A stretch of DNA of 63,498 nucleotides, the filler included, from Octopus bimaculoides (taxonomy: Eukaryota): the NCBI RefSeq assembly GCF_001194135.2. It is 4 parts of 4 records of this genome, joined end to end, with 100 filler letters (N's around TTAATTAATTAA, not from the genome) between each part and the next. Parts side by side here need not be neighbours in the genome. Positions count along the whole stretch, not along the records: positions 1 to 8,107 come from NC_068985.1; positions 8,208 to 35,367 come from NC_068999.1; 2 more parts are not named here. One strand, written 5' to 3'. Below the pieces are notes generated by a model, which was given only the letters and a program-made list of their open reading frames with translations, had not been told where the DNA came from and made no database searches. The position numbers and the translations under genes were made by a program. Shown piece after piece: positions 1-11,384 of the stretch. Position 1 is the stretch's first letter, and the number at the start of each line of letters is the position of its first letter.

Positions 1-14
1 TATATATATATATA

Positions 15-120
15 CGACTGGCTTCTTTCAGTTTCCGTCTACCGAATCCACTCACAAGGCTTTGGTCGGCGTGAGGCTATATTCAAAGACACTTGCCGAA
101 GGTGCTATGCAGTGTGACCA
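15..120 (-). mobile_element. tRNA-derived SINE fragment (family A), abutting (TA)n
   Basis: Reverse complement reads ...caccttcggcaagtgtctttgaatatagcctcacgccgaccaaagccttgtgagtggattcggtagacggaaactgaaagaagcc, homologous to the copies at 1792 and 32945. Resembles octopus SINEs (from memory). Confidence 0.75.
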
Positions 121-519
121 TATATGTATATATATATATATATATCCCATAAATAATGCAGTCTTTTTCAATTGCATAAACTGAAAGTCGGAGGGGGATA
201 AGATAGACTACCTGCATCAACTTGCTATAAAAGCAAGCAGTAATTTTACCTTGTTCTTATTCTTATTCACATAAATACATAAACAGAAACACGTACAAAC
301 ATAAAGAATACACATCATACGTACATACATGCATACATACATACATACATGCATACACAAGCGTCACTGAAAATTTTTAAGATATTCTCTCTAAATGAAT
401 ATATGAACAGTTGTATACGTCCTCAAAGACACACATGTAAAAAGTAAATGATGCACACACACACACACATGCACACACACACACATACACACATACACAT
501 ACACACACATACACACATA

Positions 520-558
<39 letters not shown>

Positions 559-1791
559 NNNNNNNNNNNNNNNNNNNNNNNNNNNNNNNNNNNNNNNNNN
601 NNNNNNNNNNNNNNNNNNNNNNNNNNNNNNNNNNNNNNNNNNNNNNNNNNNNNNNNNNNNNNNNNNNNNNNNNNNNNNNNNNNNNNNNNNNNNNNNNNNN
701 NNNNNNNNNNNNNNNNNNNNNNNNNNNNNNNNNNNNNNNNNNNNNNNNNNNNNNNNNNNNNNNNNNNNNNNNNNNNNNNNNNNNNNNNNNNNNNNNNNNN
801 NNNNNNNNNNNNNNNNNNNNNNNNNNNNNNNNNNNNNNNNNNNNNNNNNNNNNNNNNNNNNNNNNNNNNNNNNNNNNNNNNNNNNNNNNNNNNNNNNNNN
901 NNNNNNNNNNNNNNNNNNNNNNNNNNNNNNNNNNNNNNNNNNNNNNNNNNNNNNNNNNNNNNNNNNNNNNNNNNNNNNNNNNNNNNNNNNNNNNNNNNNN
1001 NNNNNNNNNNNNNNNNNNNNNNNNNNNNNNNNNNNNNNNNNNNNNNNNNNNNNNNNNNNNNGAAGACAATACATTGCAGAAGTTTTGGATTTGATCTAAC
1101 GCCAGCGACTTCGAAATACTCTTTCCTAACAAACCTTAATTCCCCCTTCACCTTTCCTGTATTGTTTAGAATTGTTTCCTCTACATTTTATGAGGTTTCC
1201 TTTTTTTGTAGTGCTGACTTTATTAACTTGTAAACCTTTACAAAATTTTCCACTTCTGACATCTCATCAAACTTCCCAGAATAGATCTTTTTAATGAAAT
1301 ATTTCCAAATCACTGCATTTTCTACTTTAACCCTTCTTAAAAATATTTGTTTATATATTCTTCCGCCTCTCTCTCCTTTTCTTTCTCCTCTTCTTATTTC
1401 CTTCCATTAGTTTCTAAAACTATGTTTTTCCAATATTCTTTACATGCACTGAATCAGTCTTTCATTTCATCCGGGTAATTTTTCTTTCCAAACTTCGTGC
1501 AGTTCCTCGTTTTGCACTTCTTACGTTAGATTCTTTACTTCTTAGTTGCTGTTTGTCTTTTAATATTTTATACCAAATTTACTCTATCGTGTCAATATTT
1601 TCACTCAGTATAATGTCGTTTCACAGTTTCCTTTCCGCGTTGACTTCAATGTTCGCTTATACATTTTTTTTTTCTTTTGTTGTTCACTCATTCCCGTTTC
1701 TTTGTTTTCTATACATTATCAGCTTCTTCCGGAATTATTTGAAGTAGTTCGTAAAATAGTTGATTTATTTCAAATACTTTTTATTTCGTTT

Positions 1792-1941
1792 CTATGGTAT
1801 GACTGTGTGATTCGTTATGATGTTTGCTTCGCAACCACGTGGTTCTGAGTTTGATTCTCTTGCTTGGCATTTCATGCATCTTTCGTCATAGCCCGGATTG
1901 AACTTCAGCTTGTGAGTGATATTCGATACACAGAAACCCAT

Positions 1942-1987
<46 letters not shown>

Positions 1988-2031
1988 TAGACATTCAATG
2001 CACAGAAGCTCATTAAATGTATATGTATGTG

Positions 2032-2063
<32 letters not shown>

Positions 2064-2252
2064 CGTGTGTCCTCACCGCTCGACAGCAGGAGTTGGTTTG
2101 TTTACGTCCCCGTAAACTAGCGGAAACCCTCCGATACAGTAAGTACCAGATTTTAAAAAAAACGTAAATAAATACTAGGATCAATCTGTTTTAGTAAACC
2201 CTTCAGGCGGTACTCCAGCATGGCCGCAGTCTATGACTGAAACATATAAAAG
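1792..2252 (+). mobile_element. SINE family A, near-complete: head + internal (GATA)n/(TG)n microsatellite + 3' tail
   Basis: Degenerate tRNA-like head (gcaaccacgtggttctgagtttgattc), then microsatellites 1942-2070, then tail ending ctccagcatggccgcagtctatgactgaaac. Tail motif recurs near 15990 and 56280. Confidence 0.7.
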
Positions 2253-3149
2253 GTAAAGTGGTCATTAACCAATGTAAATTTATTCGGCTGAAGCACTTTT
2301 ATATCTTTTAGTCAGGTGCGAAAGCAAAACTTATGATCCTTTAGGGTACCCTCAACCCGAAACTGGTAGCAGAGAGAAAGGAAGGTATCCCTAAACCGAG
2401 GACTCGGTCCGTATGCATGCAACAGATTGGACTCGGTTAAACTTACCCCATGCGCCAGGTGATGGTATTAAACCTGGCGAGTTCAGACCAAATATTAACT
2501 GTCTTAATCTCATTCAGATCCTCACATAGACAATTTTTAGAAAGCTCTCCAAAGGACATTAGCACTATTTTTCTTTCTTTTTTTAACTAAAATGTAGAGA
2601 TTATTTCGTATACAATGTGGGTAATAAACTTAATCCGTCAGCTGGTTAATCACCATCACTTGATCTGTGGGTACCTTTGAAATGGTTCACACTGTTGCAA
2701 AAATATGTCAAGTATCTGGCTTGAGGATACCGTTCTCCCCTCCTCCCTTTCTCTCATCTCTGAAGCCATGAAAAGAGTCTTTTATGAGCGCTGCGCTTTC
2801 TTCTTTATGTGTTTAGGAAAGAAAAGGAAAATGAGTGTCTCATTTGGTAGGGCTGTCTTACCCGCATTATAGTACCCCGCTTCCAGGCAAATCAATGCGC
2901 TGAGCCCTATGCAATTTATTTATCGAAAGCAAGCCATAAAACACATAAATTACAATTGGGTCACTGAACCTTTGAGACTAATGATAACTGCTGAGTGTGC
3001 CCAGGCTTTTAATGAGGCACTGAGATTTGGTTATTATTTCCAGTAGTTAGAATAGATTTAGTTGTTATTTCCAGCAGTTAGAGGTTCTCAAGTTGGTTCA
3101 TATAATGACACGCGTTTACGTAAGGGATTATTATAATAAAGATATCTAA

Positions 3150-3365
3150 GACGACGAGCTAGCACAATCGGTAACAGTTCAGAGAAAACGCTTAGCAATA
3201 TTTCTTTCGACACTTCATGTTCTGAGTTCTATTCCTGCCGAGGTCAACTTCGCCCGTTACCCTTTCAGCGTCGATAAAAGTATTAGTTAAGTACCGGGGA
3301 TCGATAGTTTCGTCTAGCCCTCTCTCCGAAAAATGTCTGGTCTTCTTGTGCCAAATTTAGAAAGG
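3150..3365 (+). mobile_element. tRNA-derived SINE (family B)
   Basis: gacgagctagcacaatcggtaac...gttctgagttctattcctgccgaggtcaac...cttgtgccaaatttagaaag, homologous to 36665-37300 and 57140-57345. Confidence 0.75.
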
Positions 3366-3779
3366 TTTATAATAAAGACATCTCCTCCAATTACGCCATT
3401 CTAACCCATTTGTCGCCACCAGCTCTCGAGACACACGTTTTCTTAACTCCTGCCCTCACTCACCACTATGCAAATCAGACCTTCTTCCCCAGGACATCGT
3501 CTTTCTGGAGTATTCTTCCTACTCTGGAAGAGACTAAAGTCGATTTAATCGATGTAGTCTTGATTCTAAAGGTGAGATAATTGGTTCATTTACACCTGGT
3601 TTATTTTATTAGTGGTGACAGTAGTGAAGATCGTGAAGAGGGCCTTAATTCTGCCACGTAACTTACTCGTAACATTCCGTATACTAATATATTTTCAGCA
3701 TCCTCTGAAGGCCATTAAACACTTCCACAAAATGTTGTTCAATATACTGATGTGAGTGTCTAATCAAAGAAATATCGAC

Positions 3780-3916
3780 ATTGTCATCGTCGTTGTTGTC
3801 ATCATCAGCGTCGTCATCGTCGTCGTCGTCGTTGCCATTGCTATCATCATCACCATCATCATCATCATCATCATCATCACCATCATCATCACTATCATCA
3901 TCATCATCACCATCAT
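3780..3916. repeat. (CGT)n/(CAT)n trinucleotide microsatellite
   Basis: Direct reading. Explains the poly-I/poly-S ORFs in the track. Confidence 0.9.
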
Positions 3917-4249
3917 TGATGTTGCTTATATATTATCCTTTCAGGAAAGGAAAAGTACTCCGTGGAGAGCATCATCGTTCAGGAAAAGTACATCTGTCTA
4001 AAATAAAATGTACCAGCAATGACGCGTATCTTCTCAACTGTAGTCATGATTCGTGGGGTTTCCATGGTTGTCCTTCTACTGAAAGAGCCGCTGTTGAGTG
4101 CTATAGACGTAAGATTTTTTTCACTGCTCTGTTTCCTGCCAATTCGGATCTTATATAACAAAGCTTCATTGCTTGGTCATGTTTAAGTCTCAAGGAATAT
4201 TTATTTACAATGGATTGTCAGATAAATTCATTCGTTTTTTGGGGGGGTG

Positions 4250-4470
4250 GAGGTTTCAACATCAGAACCCCTCGCCCAGTTGAACTAGCAGGGGTTGATC
4301 GCGTCCCAACTTGCATCACAATAGCAACAAACCACTGGTCTGCCTATTTTATCCAAAGCCACTTAGTGGCCTTCTCTGCAGCTTCAGTGATTGAATTTAT
4401 AGTTCTCCTCTTTGCTGCACTTGTAACGCCAAACCCAGTCAGTGCTTTCAAGAGCCACAAAATATCATAC
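4250..4470 (-). mobile_element. 3' remnant of a HERO-like (R2 group, restriction-like endonuclease) LINE
   Basis: Minus-strand translation LKALTGFGVTSAAKRRTINSITEAAEKATKWLWIK*ADQW resembles the HERO C-terminal motif (…KRRAI…EAAEKASRWLWIKR…W), followed by a short 3' UTR. Confidence 0.6.
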
Positions 4471-5715
4471 AACACAGCGATAAAAGAAAAGATCAAACAG
4501 ACAAGAAAGTAATATTTCGAACACAGAATAGCTGTGAAAACAGCACAAAGATTGGGTATTTTACTTTTACATGGCGGAAAGGGTTTTCAGCAGACAGCCA
4601 CAGGACTCGAACCCGCACCTCCCAGACACCGGCTAAACCACCCGCTGGAGGCAATTTCTGGCAAATTAACGCTAAATACATAGCTTTTTCGCTTCATTGG
4701 AAAGGTTTAGAATAAATGGGGTAAAAAACGAACGAAATTATGAGAACCCAATGTAAAAAAAGATAACTTTCTATATTGCTAAATATTAAGCTTTTGTAAT
4801 GAGATGGTATTAAGAAGCCAATGCCTTTTAATTTCATTATCTGTTTTCCTTTTTTTTTTTCTAACAGAATTCGGTTTTACCCCTATGAATCAATAAACAC
4901 ATAAACAGTTTCTAGGTTGTCTATTAAGGAACTGTTCTGTCTCTTTCTCCTTTACTTTATATCTATATATCCCTTGCTGCTTTACAAATTTTGCTATGCA
5001 GATAAAACGGTAGTTTGCCTAACTGAGGGTGTTCATACTATTGATTGAAAATGCTTTCACGTAAAATGGTTTCACTTGGAAAACGTATATACTATGTAAT
5101 ATTATGACATTCAAATAAGATAAATGATTTTTTTTTAATAACTTCATCATATCGTATGATACTTTCTATAATTGATATTTTTCCCTAGCAGTGAAAATAT
5201 TGAATTTAAATATGAAAATAAATTTGAAAATAAATGAAAACACTCAACGTTCACCTACAAGGATTTCAAAATATTAACCGTAATAATGTTTCTTTTGGTA
5301 AAACTTGTCATTTCATAAAAATCGCAAAAGCTTCATATTTNNNNNNNNNNNNNNNNNNNNNNNNNNNNNNNNNNNNNNNNNNNNNNNNNNNNNNNNNNNN
5401 NNNNNNNNNNNNNNNNNNNNNNNNNNNNNNNNNNNNNNNNNNNNNNNNNNNNNNNNNNNNNNNNNNNNNNNNNNNNNNNNNNNNNNNNNNNNNNNNNNNN
5501 NNNNNNNNNNNNNNNNNNNNNNNNNNNNNNNNNNNNNNNNNNNNNNNNNNNNNNNNNNNNNNNNNNNNNNNNNNNNNNNNNNNNNNNAAATTGATAGAAC
5601 CCCAAATCATATTACCCTTGTAGTTTTGGCAGTAGATAAGCACAGAAATATATTTAATCTTTAAAATAGATATCAGACACTACTAAACTAAACCCTGCTT
5701 CGAATCCCAGCTATA

Positions 5716-6605
5716 CGTGGTCTCATCAATAAGTATCCGGACTGTTGCCATAGTAACAAAGCTAAAGCAAACAGAATGAATCTGCTTAGTACAGATTGAC
5801 TTAGACCTCTGCTGTGATGCACACTAAGGTTTGATGTTCTAGCTCTCTCCCGCTGTTTACAGCAGTGCTTGGAAGGAAAGTGTGTAGCGTGTGATCGTCG
5901 CATTGACTATGACAGAGTAAGTTGAGCGGAGAATTTGTATCAAATTTTGCCAAAAGCTTGGCAATACCTACTCAGAGGCCTACGCAAAATTTTCAAAAAG
6001 TTTTCATCGTTCTTGACACAATCAAAGAGATCTTGTGCAACTAAAACTCGAGTGTCTTTTTGGTCAGCTGAAAGCAATTTTGGCACAGACTTAGCAGACA
6101 CGCGTCTCATACCCAAATTTTCAGTGACAATGGAATAAACTGAACCGTAATTAATCAGCACATCATCTGATAACTCACGGATGGTGATCCAACGATTTCC
6201 CCTCACAGCTGCACGCACCTCTGCGATGTTTTTCTCAGTTCTGCTAGTTGCGGGTCTCCCAGAATGCTCGTTAATATCGATATTTTTTCGGTCATCTTGG
6301 AAATTTCTGAACCGCTCGTTTGTGTGCGGCTCATACACTCCTCTGTATACACTTTCTACAACCTTGCGTAAACCTCTGAGCAGGTATCGCCATGACAACT
6401 TTCTTTTTCATGATTAATGCGACGATCACACGCTACACACCTTCTTTCGAATCACTGCTGTAAACAGAGAAAGTGAGCTATAACGTTAAAAATTAGTGCG
6501 CATGCACAGCAGAGTTCAAGGTTAATCTGTACCAAACGGCTTCACGCTGAGTGCTTTAGCTTCGTTACTATGGCAAAAGTCCGGATACTTATTGATTAGA
6601 CCATG
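5716..6605. mobile_element. Mariner-derived non-autonomous fold-back element with ~270-bp inverted arms
   Basis: TA at 5714-5715 and 6606-6607. Termini cgtggtctcatcaataagtatccggactgttgccatagtaac and its near-perfect reverse complement. Both arms continue into the transposase 5' end. Confidence 0.85.
5995..6410 (-). pseudogene. Truncated mariner transposase N-terminus (HTH domains), no catalytic domain
   Basis: HSGRPATSRTEKNIAEVRAAVRGNRWITIRELSDDVLINYGSVYSIVTENLGMRRVSAKSVPKLLS: GRPR-like linker and WVPHEL-equivalent motif. Ends just before the first catalytic Asp. Confidence 0.8.
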
Positions 6606-7396
6606 TATTTACCCAATAGAAAATTCACCAGTGAAATTTCCCTTCCCATAAATTCTTTAGGTCGCATGACTACCGGAAACATTCCAACATTTATCTGTCT
6701 ATCTATGTGTGTATATATATAGATCTAAATTTACAGTATTATATATCCATTACGGGCGATCTTACCAATCGGTTTCGCACTAGAGGTTCAACGGAGTGTT
6801 ACGTAACAGTCCGATAATGTAATCCTGCGCTCTCCAGAGGTGACAGCTATGGAATAAAATATGGCGACTGCTCTCTATTGTTGGAGATGAACAGACGCAT
6901 CCGGTTTGTGGTTGCTGTGAAAAAAACGATGAAATAAACTGAGCATGGGTTAGGTTCAGAGTTGTGTCCCTTGGTACCGTTTATGTGTGCATGCGATGTG
7001 TAGGGGTGCAGTCTGTGTGGGAGCTTATATTGGGGGTGGTATAAAATGGTCTACTAAGTGGATGTCGGCCGTGTTAGGGTGTGTATGTTTGTGAGTGCCG
7101 TTGTGTATTGAACCCCACCANNNNNNNNNNNNNNNNNNNNNNNNNNNNNNNNNNNNNNNNNNNNNNNNNNNNNNNNNNNNNNNNNNNNNNNNNNNNNNNN
7201 NNNNNNNNNNNNNNNNNNNNNNNNNNNNNNNNNNNNNNNNNNNNNNNNNNNNNNNNNNNNNNNNNNNNNNNNNNNNNNNNNNNNNNNNNNNNNNNNNNNN
7301 NNNNNNNNNNNNNNNNNNNNNNNNNNNNNNNNNNNNNNNNNNNNNNNNNNNNNNNNNNNNNNNNNNNNNNNNNNNNNNNNNNNNNNNNNNNNNNNN

Positions 7397-7435
<39 letters not shown>

Positions 7436-8107
7436 CTTCTGGGCAAGATGAAGTCATCTGCCTTTGATCGATTCCAGTTGCTGTCCGAAAAGGGTCAGTT
7501 TATCTACGATTTCCGTTTACTAGTCAGCAAGCAGGGAATTCCAAGTCTCCAACACGAATTTTCTCTCATGACAGCACCAACCAAACATATTACTTTTGAA
7601 ATTTAAGATGGACCTCAGGTCTGCTCCCGTTTAGATATGGTACAGGTTGTTCCAGGAACTTCCATTTAATCCTGAATGGCATTCCCTATTCTTTTAAATG
7701 CTATATGTAGTTAACTAAATAGCCAAAGATGTAACGCTGCACCTTTCTGGGATCCTAAAAGGAGATCTGTGGTTATTTAGTCGCCGCTTAAAGTAGCCCT
7801 ACAATAATCCAACATAGTTCGGTGTATGTGTCCTGATTTTATTGGTGGTGCTGCTGTCAGTGCTGCTAGCGCTTTCTCTGCTACTCTTACTGCCGGACGC
7901 GTTGTTGGTGCTGGTGTTGTTATTCCTGCTTCTTTAGTAAGAACCATCTACTGGTATTCCCATTTGATGAGAATATATTCTCTTATGCGTATAAGCGGAG
8001 CCTACTCATGAACTAGCAAAACACATACCTTGCATATGTGTGTTCGCTATTGTTTATGTCTCTCTAACTGTTTTTAATCCATAATTCATACCTGAATATA
8101 TATATAT

Positions 8108-8207
8108 NNNNNNNNNNNNNNNNNNNNNNNNNNNNNNNNNNNNNNNNNNNNTTAATTAATTAANNNNNNNNNNNNNNNNNNNNNNNNNNNNNNNNNNNNN
8201 NNNNNNN
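8108..8207. other. Artificial scaffold-join linker (44 N + TTAATTAATTAA + 44 N)
   Basis: Exactly 100 bp. The 12-mer has stops in all six frames. Identical at 35368 and 45452. Confidence 0.95.
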
Positions 8208-8644
8208 TCTAAGAAGAAAAAAATTTAGAAATATTACTTTATTTGTGTGTAATATGTATGGTTAAAATTTCATCAACATCAAAAATATATGAATTTTGAT
8301 GGGGGTTATGGCCGTTATGCATAGAATATAATTTCCAAATTTCATAAAGATCCATTCAGTACTTTTGACATAGTTTTGGATAAAAAGAAAATGACTAATG
8401 TGTGTGTTTGTGTGCATGCGTGTGTGTGTGTGTATGGGTGTATACATGTATAGATATCTGTATGCATGTATGTGTACATATTACATGTACATCTATATAT
8501 ATACATCTACACATATGTATACATTTACATGTATGCATATAGATCTATATCTATATATATATATGTATACATATACATCTATATGTATACATGTATACAT
8601 ATACTTCTCTCTCTCTATATATATGTATACATCTATATATACAT

Positions 8645-8698
<54 letters not shown>

Positions 8699-8869
8699 GT
8701 ATATGGATACATGTATATATATATATACATGTATATGGATACATTTGTGCAGATATATATATGCATGTATGTATGTATTTATGTATGTATGCCTGTATAT
8801 ATGTGAGAGTATAGTTTCACTGTAGTAGATTCAGTATGAAAATGAAACCATTAAAGTGAAAGTATTTGA

Positions 8870-9146
8870 CATGAGTGTTTTTGTTTCACTTTTGACACGT
8901 AATACTTAAATAGTGGAGGAGATATGATGTTGCTGTGGGCTCGAACTATGCAAGAAGTTAAAATTTTTTTTGACTAAAACACAATCGGGACCGTAAGTAA
9001 GGCATGTGTAAAATTTGAATGAAATTGGTTGTGTAGTTCTTGAGTTTTAGGGAATCACACAGACACACACACATACACACAGACACACACACATACACAC
9101 AGACAGACAGACAGACACACATTCTCATTTTTATATATATATAGAT
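8870..9146 (-). mobile_element. Possible non-autonomous Helitron/Helentron-like element
   Basis: Minus strand starts ATCTATATATATATAAAAATGAGAATGTGTGT, followed by a microsatellite, a typical Helitron-like 5' end. 3' end not securely located. Confidence 0.4.
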
Positions 9147-9795
9147 AATCTCTTTTAGCTCAACACACAAAAAAGAAAATTTAGTGTATCTGTTTTATTG
9201 TTAAAAGTATGAGCTTTTTCAGAACCATATTAGCATGTCATCATTAAGTTTGTAGTGTGCACTTGAGTGAGATTCCTCTCCTCTCTATTATATATACATA
9301 CATATGAACGTAGTAGATAGCAGCTAGCCTTTGGCTGCATTTTGGACCTTGTTGTGTCCACTACTCTGATTGGTTGGTATTGGCACAATTTGTCTCTTTT
9401 TCTGTTGCGTACCAANNNNNNNNNNCACAATTTGTCTCTTTTTCTGTTGCGTACCAATATGCAACCCAACCAATCGCAGCCTTCAAATAAGGTCACGTGT
9501 GACAGCCTGTTTTCTACCCAGCTTTGAGCCAACAACTTCTGCTTGTGTTTACCTGGAAGGTTAGTCATTATAATTGTTGCCTGCTTGCAGGAATTGTTAC
9601 ATTGTGTTTGTTGGTTTCCCGTAAGGGAAACATTGTTAAATAATTGTCTGCATTAATATTGTGAACTGTTATCTCCCCCAAAGGGGAAGGATATATAAAT
9701 TGTGTTTACTGCTTGCGGTTAATTTTGAACTGCATTCCTTTTCGGAACAAAAATTGTGGAATTTTTAAATATTTTTATTTAAAAATATTAAAACA

Positions 9796-11342
9796 ATGTC
9801 TTCTGTAGAAGAACAAAGAAAAAAAATGAATTTTGCTGCCACTGTTGGCAGACTTGAAACAATTACTTTGAAGATGGAAAACATACAGGCATACTATGGT
9901 ATGATCACCGAAGAAAACAGTGAAAGTAAGATAACACCCCCGAGTGAAATAAGAAACAAGATGAAGGAAAAGACCATTATATATAAAACATATGATGTGG
10001 AAAAGAAAAGGCTGAAATATTTGGAGGAAAGCACAGCTGAAAGGTGTCTCGGGCTGGTGATGAACGAAATAAAGTACCTAGCCCGAGGCACAAGGTGTGC
10101 GATCATTGAAGCAAGGTTCGAATCAATTGAGAAGACAAGAGAATTCTCAACTCGAACCTTGCTATGTGGCAATGTCATGCTACTGCTTCTATACCTGAGA
10201 TGCAGAATGTCCTGGATAAGGATCAAGAACATCCCCCCAGAGGTGGAGGTAGCATGGATCATTGCCACACTCCTCTACAAGAGAGAGGACAAAATAAATA
10301 TTATTCAGATCTCCAGAGATGCCCACAAATAAACAAAGAAGAACAAGGAAGCAGAGGAAGAGGAGGAAGAGAAAAACGAAGAGACGCTCCCCCCAGCCAC
10401 AGGGACTGTGACACAGCAGGCGACCACCTCTACTAGTAAAGACGAACCCAAGGGGAAAAGTAAAGAGGCGGCACCTCTAGCCAAGGGGCCATTACACAGC
10501 GAATGACCACCTCTACCAGTAAAAATGACCCCAAGGGGAAAAGCAAAGAGGCGGCACTTCTGGCCAAGGAGGCCATTACACAGTGAACGACTGCTTCTAC
10601 CAGTAAAAATGACCCCAAGGGGAAAAGTGAAGAGGCAGCACCTCTGGCCAAGGAGGCCATTACACAGCGAACAACCACCTCTACTAGTAAAGACGAACCC
10701 AAGGGGAAAAGTATAGAGGCTGCACTTCTGGCCAAGGAGACCATTACACAGCGAATGACTGCTTCTACCAGTAAAAATGACCCCACTTCCGGCCAAGGAG
10801 GCCATTACACAGCAAGCAACCACCTCCATTAGTGGGGAAATCCCCGAGAAGCCAAAGTTAGTTGCTACACTGTCTACTGAAAATATGGACTTCCAGACGG
10901 TGTCACGTAAGTGAACCAAGAGAATGGAGTTGCCCACCAATACATAGGAGGCGGCTCCAAAAACCAAAATCGTCAAGAAACCCGAACTGAAGGAAAATGG
11001 AAAAAAGAAAGAAAATAAGTTTATGTCAGAGACAATCGATATTCCTGAAAGAGAGGACATTATGACAATCGTTTACAAAAACAACAATAAATGGATGGGG
11101 TCATTGGACCTCACCACAAAACGTCTTTATATGTCAACGACAATGAGATGAGCCCAGTAACATTGGGCAAAATCACTCGAAAATTATACAACGAACTCAA
11201 AAGTAGACACCCAAAAGAAATAGCAGAACTGAAAGAACTGCCTAAGGTATTTAACTTGCTGGTAGAACCATTTTTGTATGAAAGAAAGGAGGGAGGGGTA
11301 CTTGCCTCGGAAATACTGAGAATAATTCCTCTCGAAGGATGA
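9796..11342 (+). pseudogene. Tx1/L1 ORF1, interrupted by stops/frameshift
   Basis: Starts MSSVEEQRKKMNFAATVG, stop at 10332, basic low-complexity middle with tandem repeat, ends IIPLEG* just before ORF2. Confidence 0.65.
10424..10830 (+). repeat. 84-bp minisatellite (28-aa unit), about 5 copies, inside ORF1
   Basis: Units start at 10424, 10507, 10591, 10675, 10759, plus a deleted final unit. Encodes approx. TTSTSK(D/N)(E/D)PKGKSKEAAxLAKEAITQxx. Confidence 0.9.
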
Positions 11343-11384
11343 ATGAGCAGGTAAGCTTGAATTTCCTTCTTTTTCGTGTTTGAC

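Noticed and set aside
377-1233. Long ORFs spanning N gaps (also 5234, 7025, 42040, 47608, 49428, 51912, 60070)
   Set aside because: Open only because N codons and dinucleotide repeats contain no stops.
8262-8825. Y/I/H/C-rich ORFs on both strands
   Set aside because: Translation of degenerate (TA)n/(TACA)n microsatellite.
9383-9456. 31-bp direct repeat around 10 Ns
   Set aside because: Overlapping contig ends left unmerged. The same artefact occurs at about 31427-31554 in the mariner.
10424-10830. CRISPR-like periodicity
   Set aside because: Whole-unit tandem repeats with no unique spacers, inside a LINE ORF1 in a eukaryotic genome.
10305-11060. 251-aa minus-strand ORF
   Set aside because: Antisense shadow of the Tx1 ORF1 repeat region.
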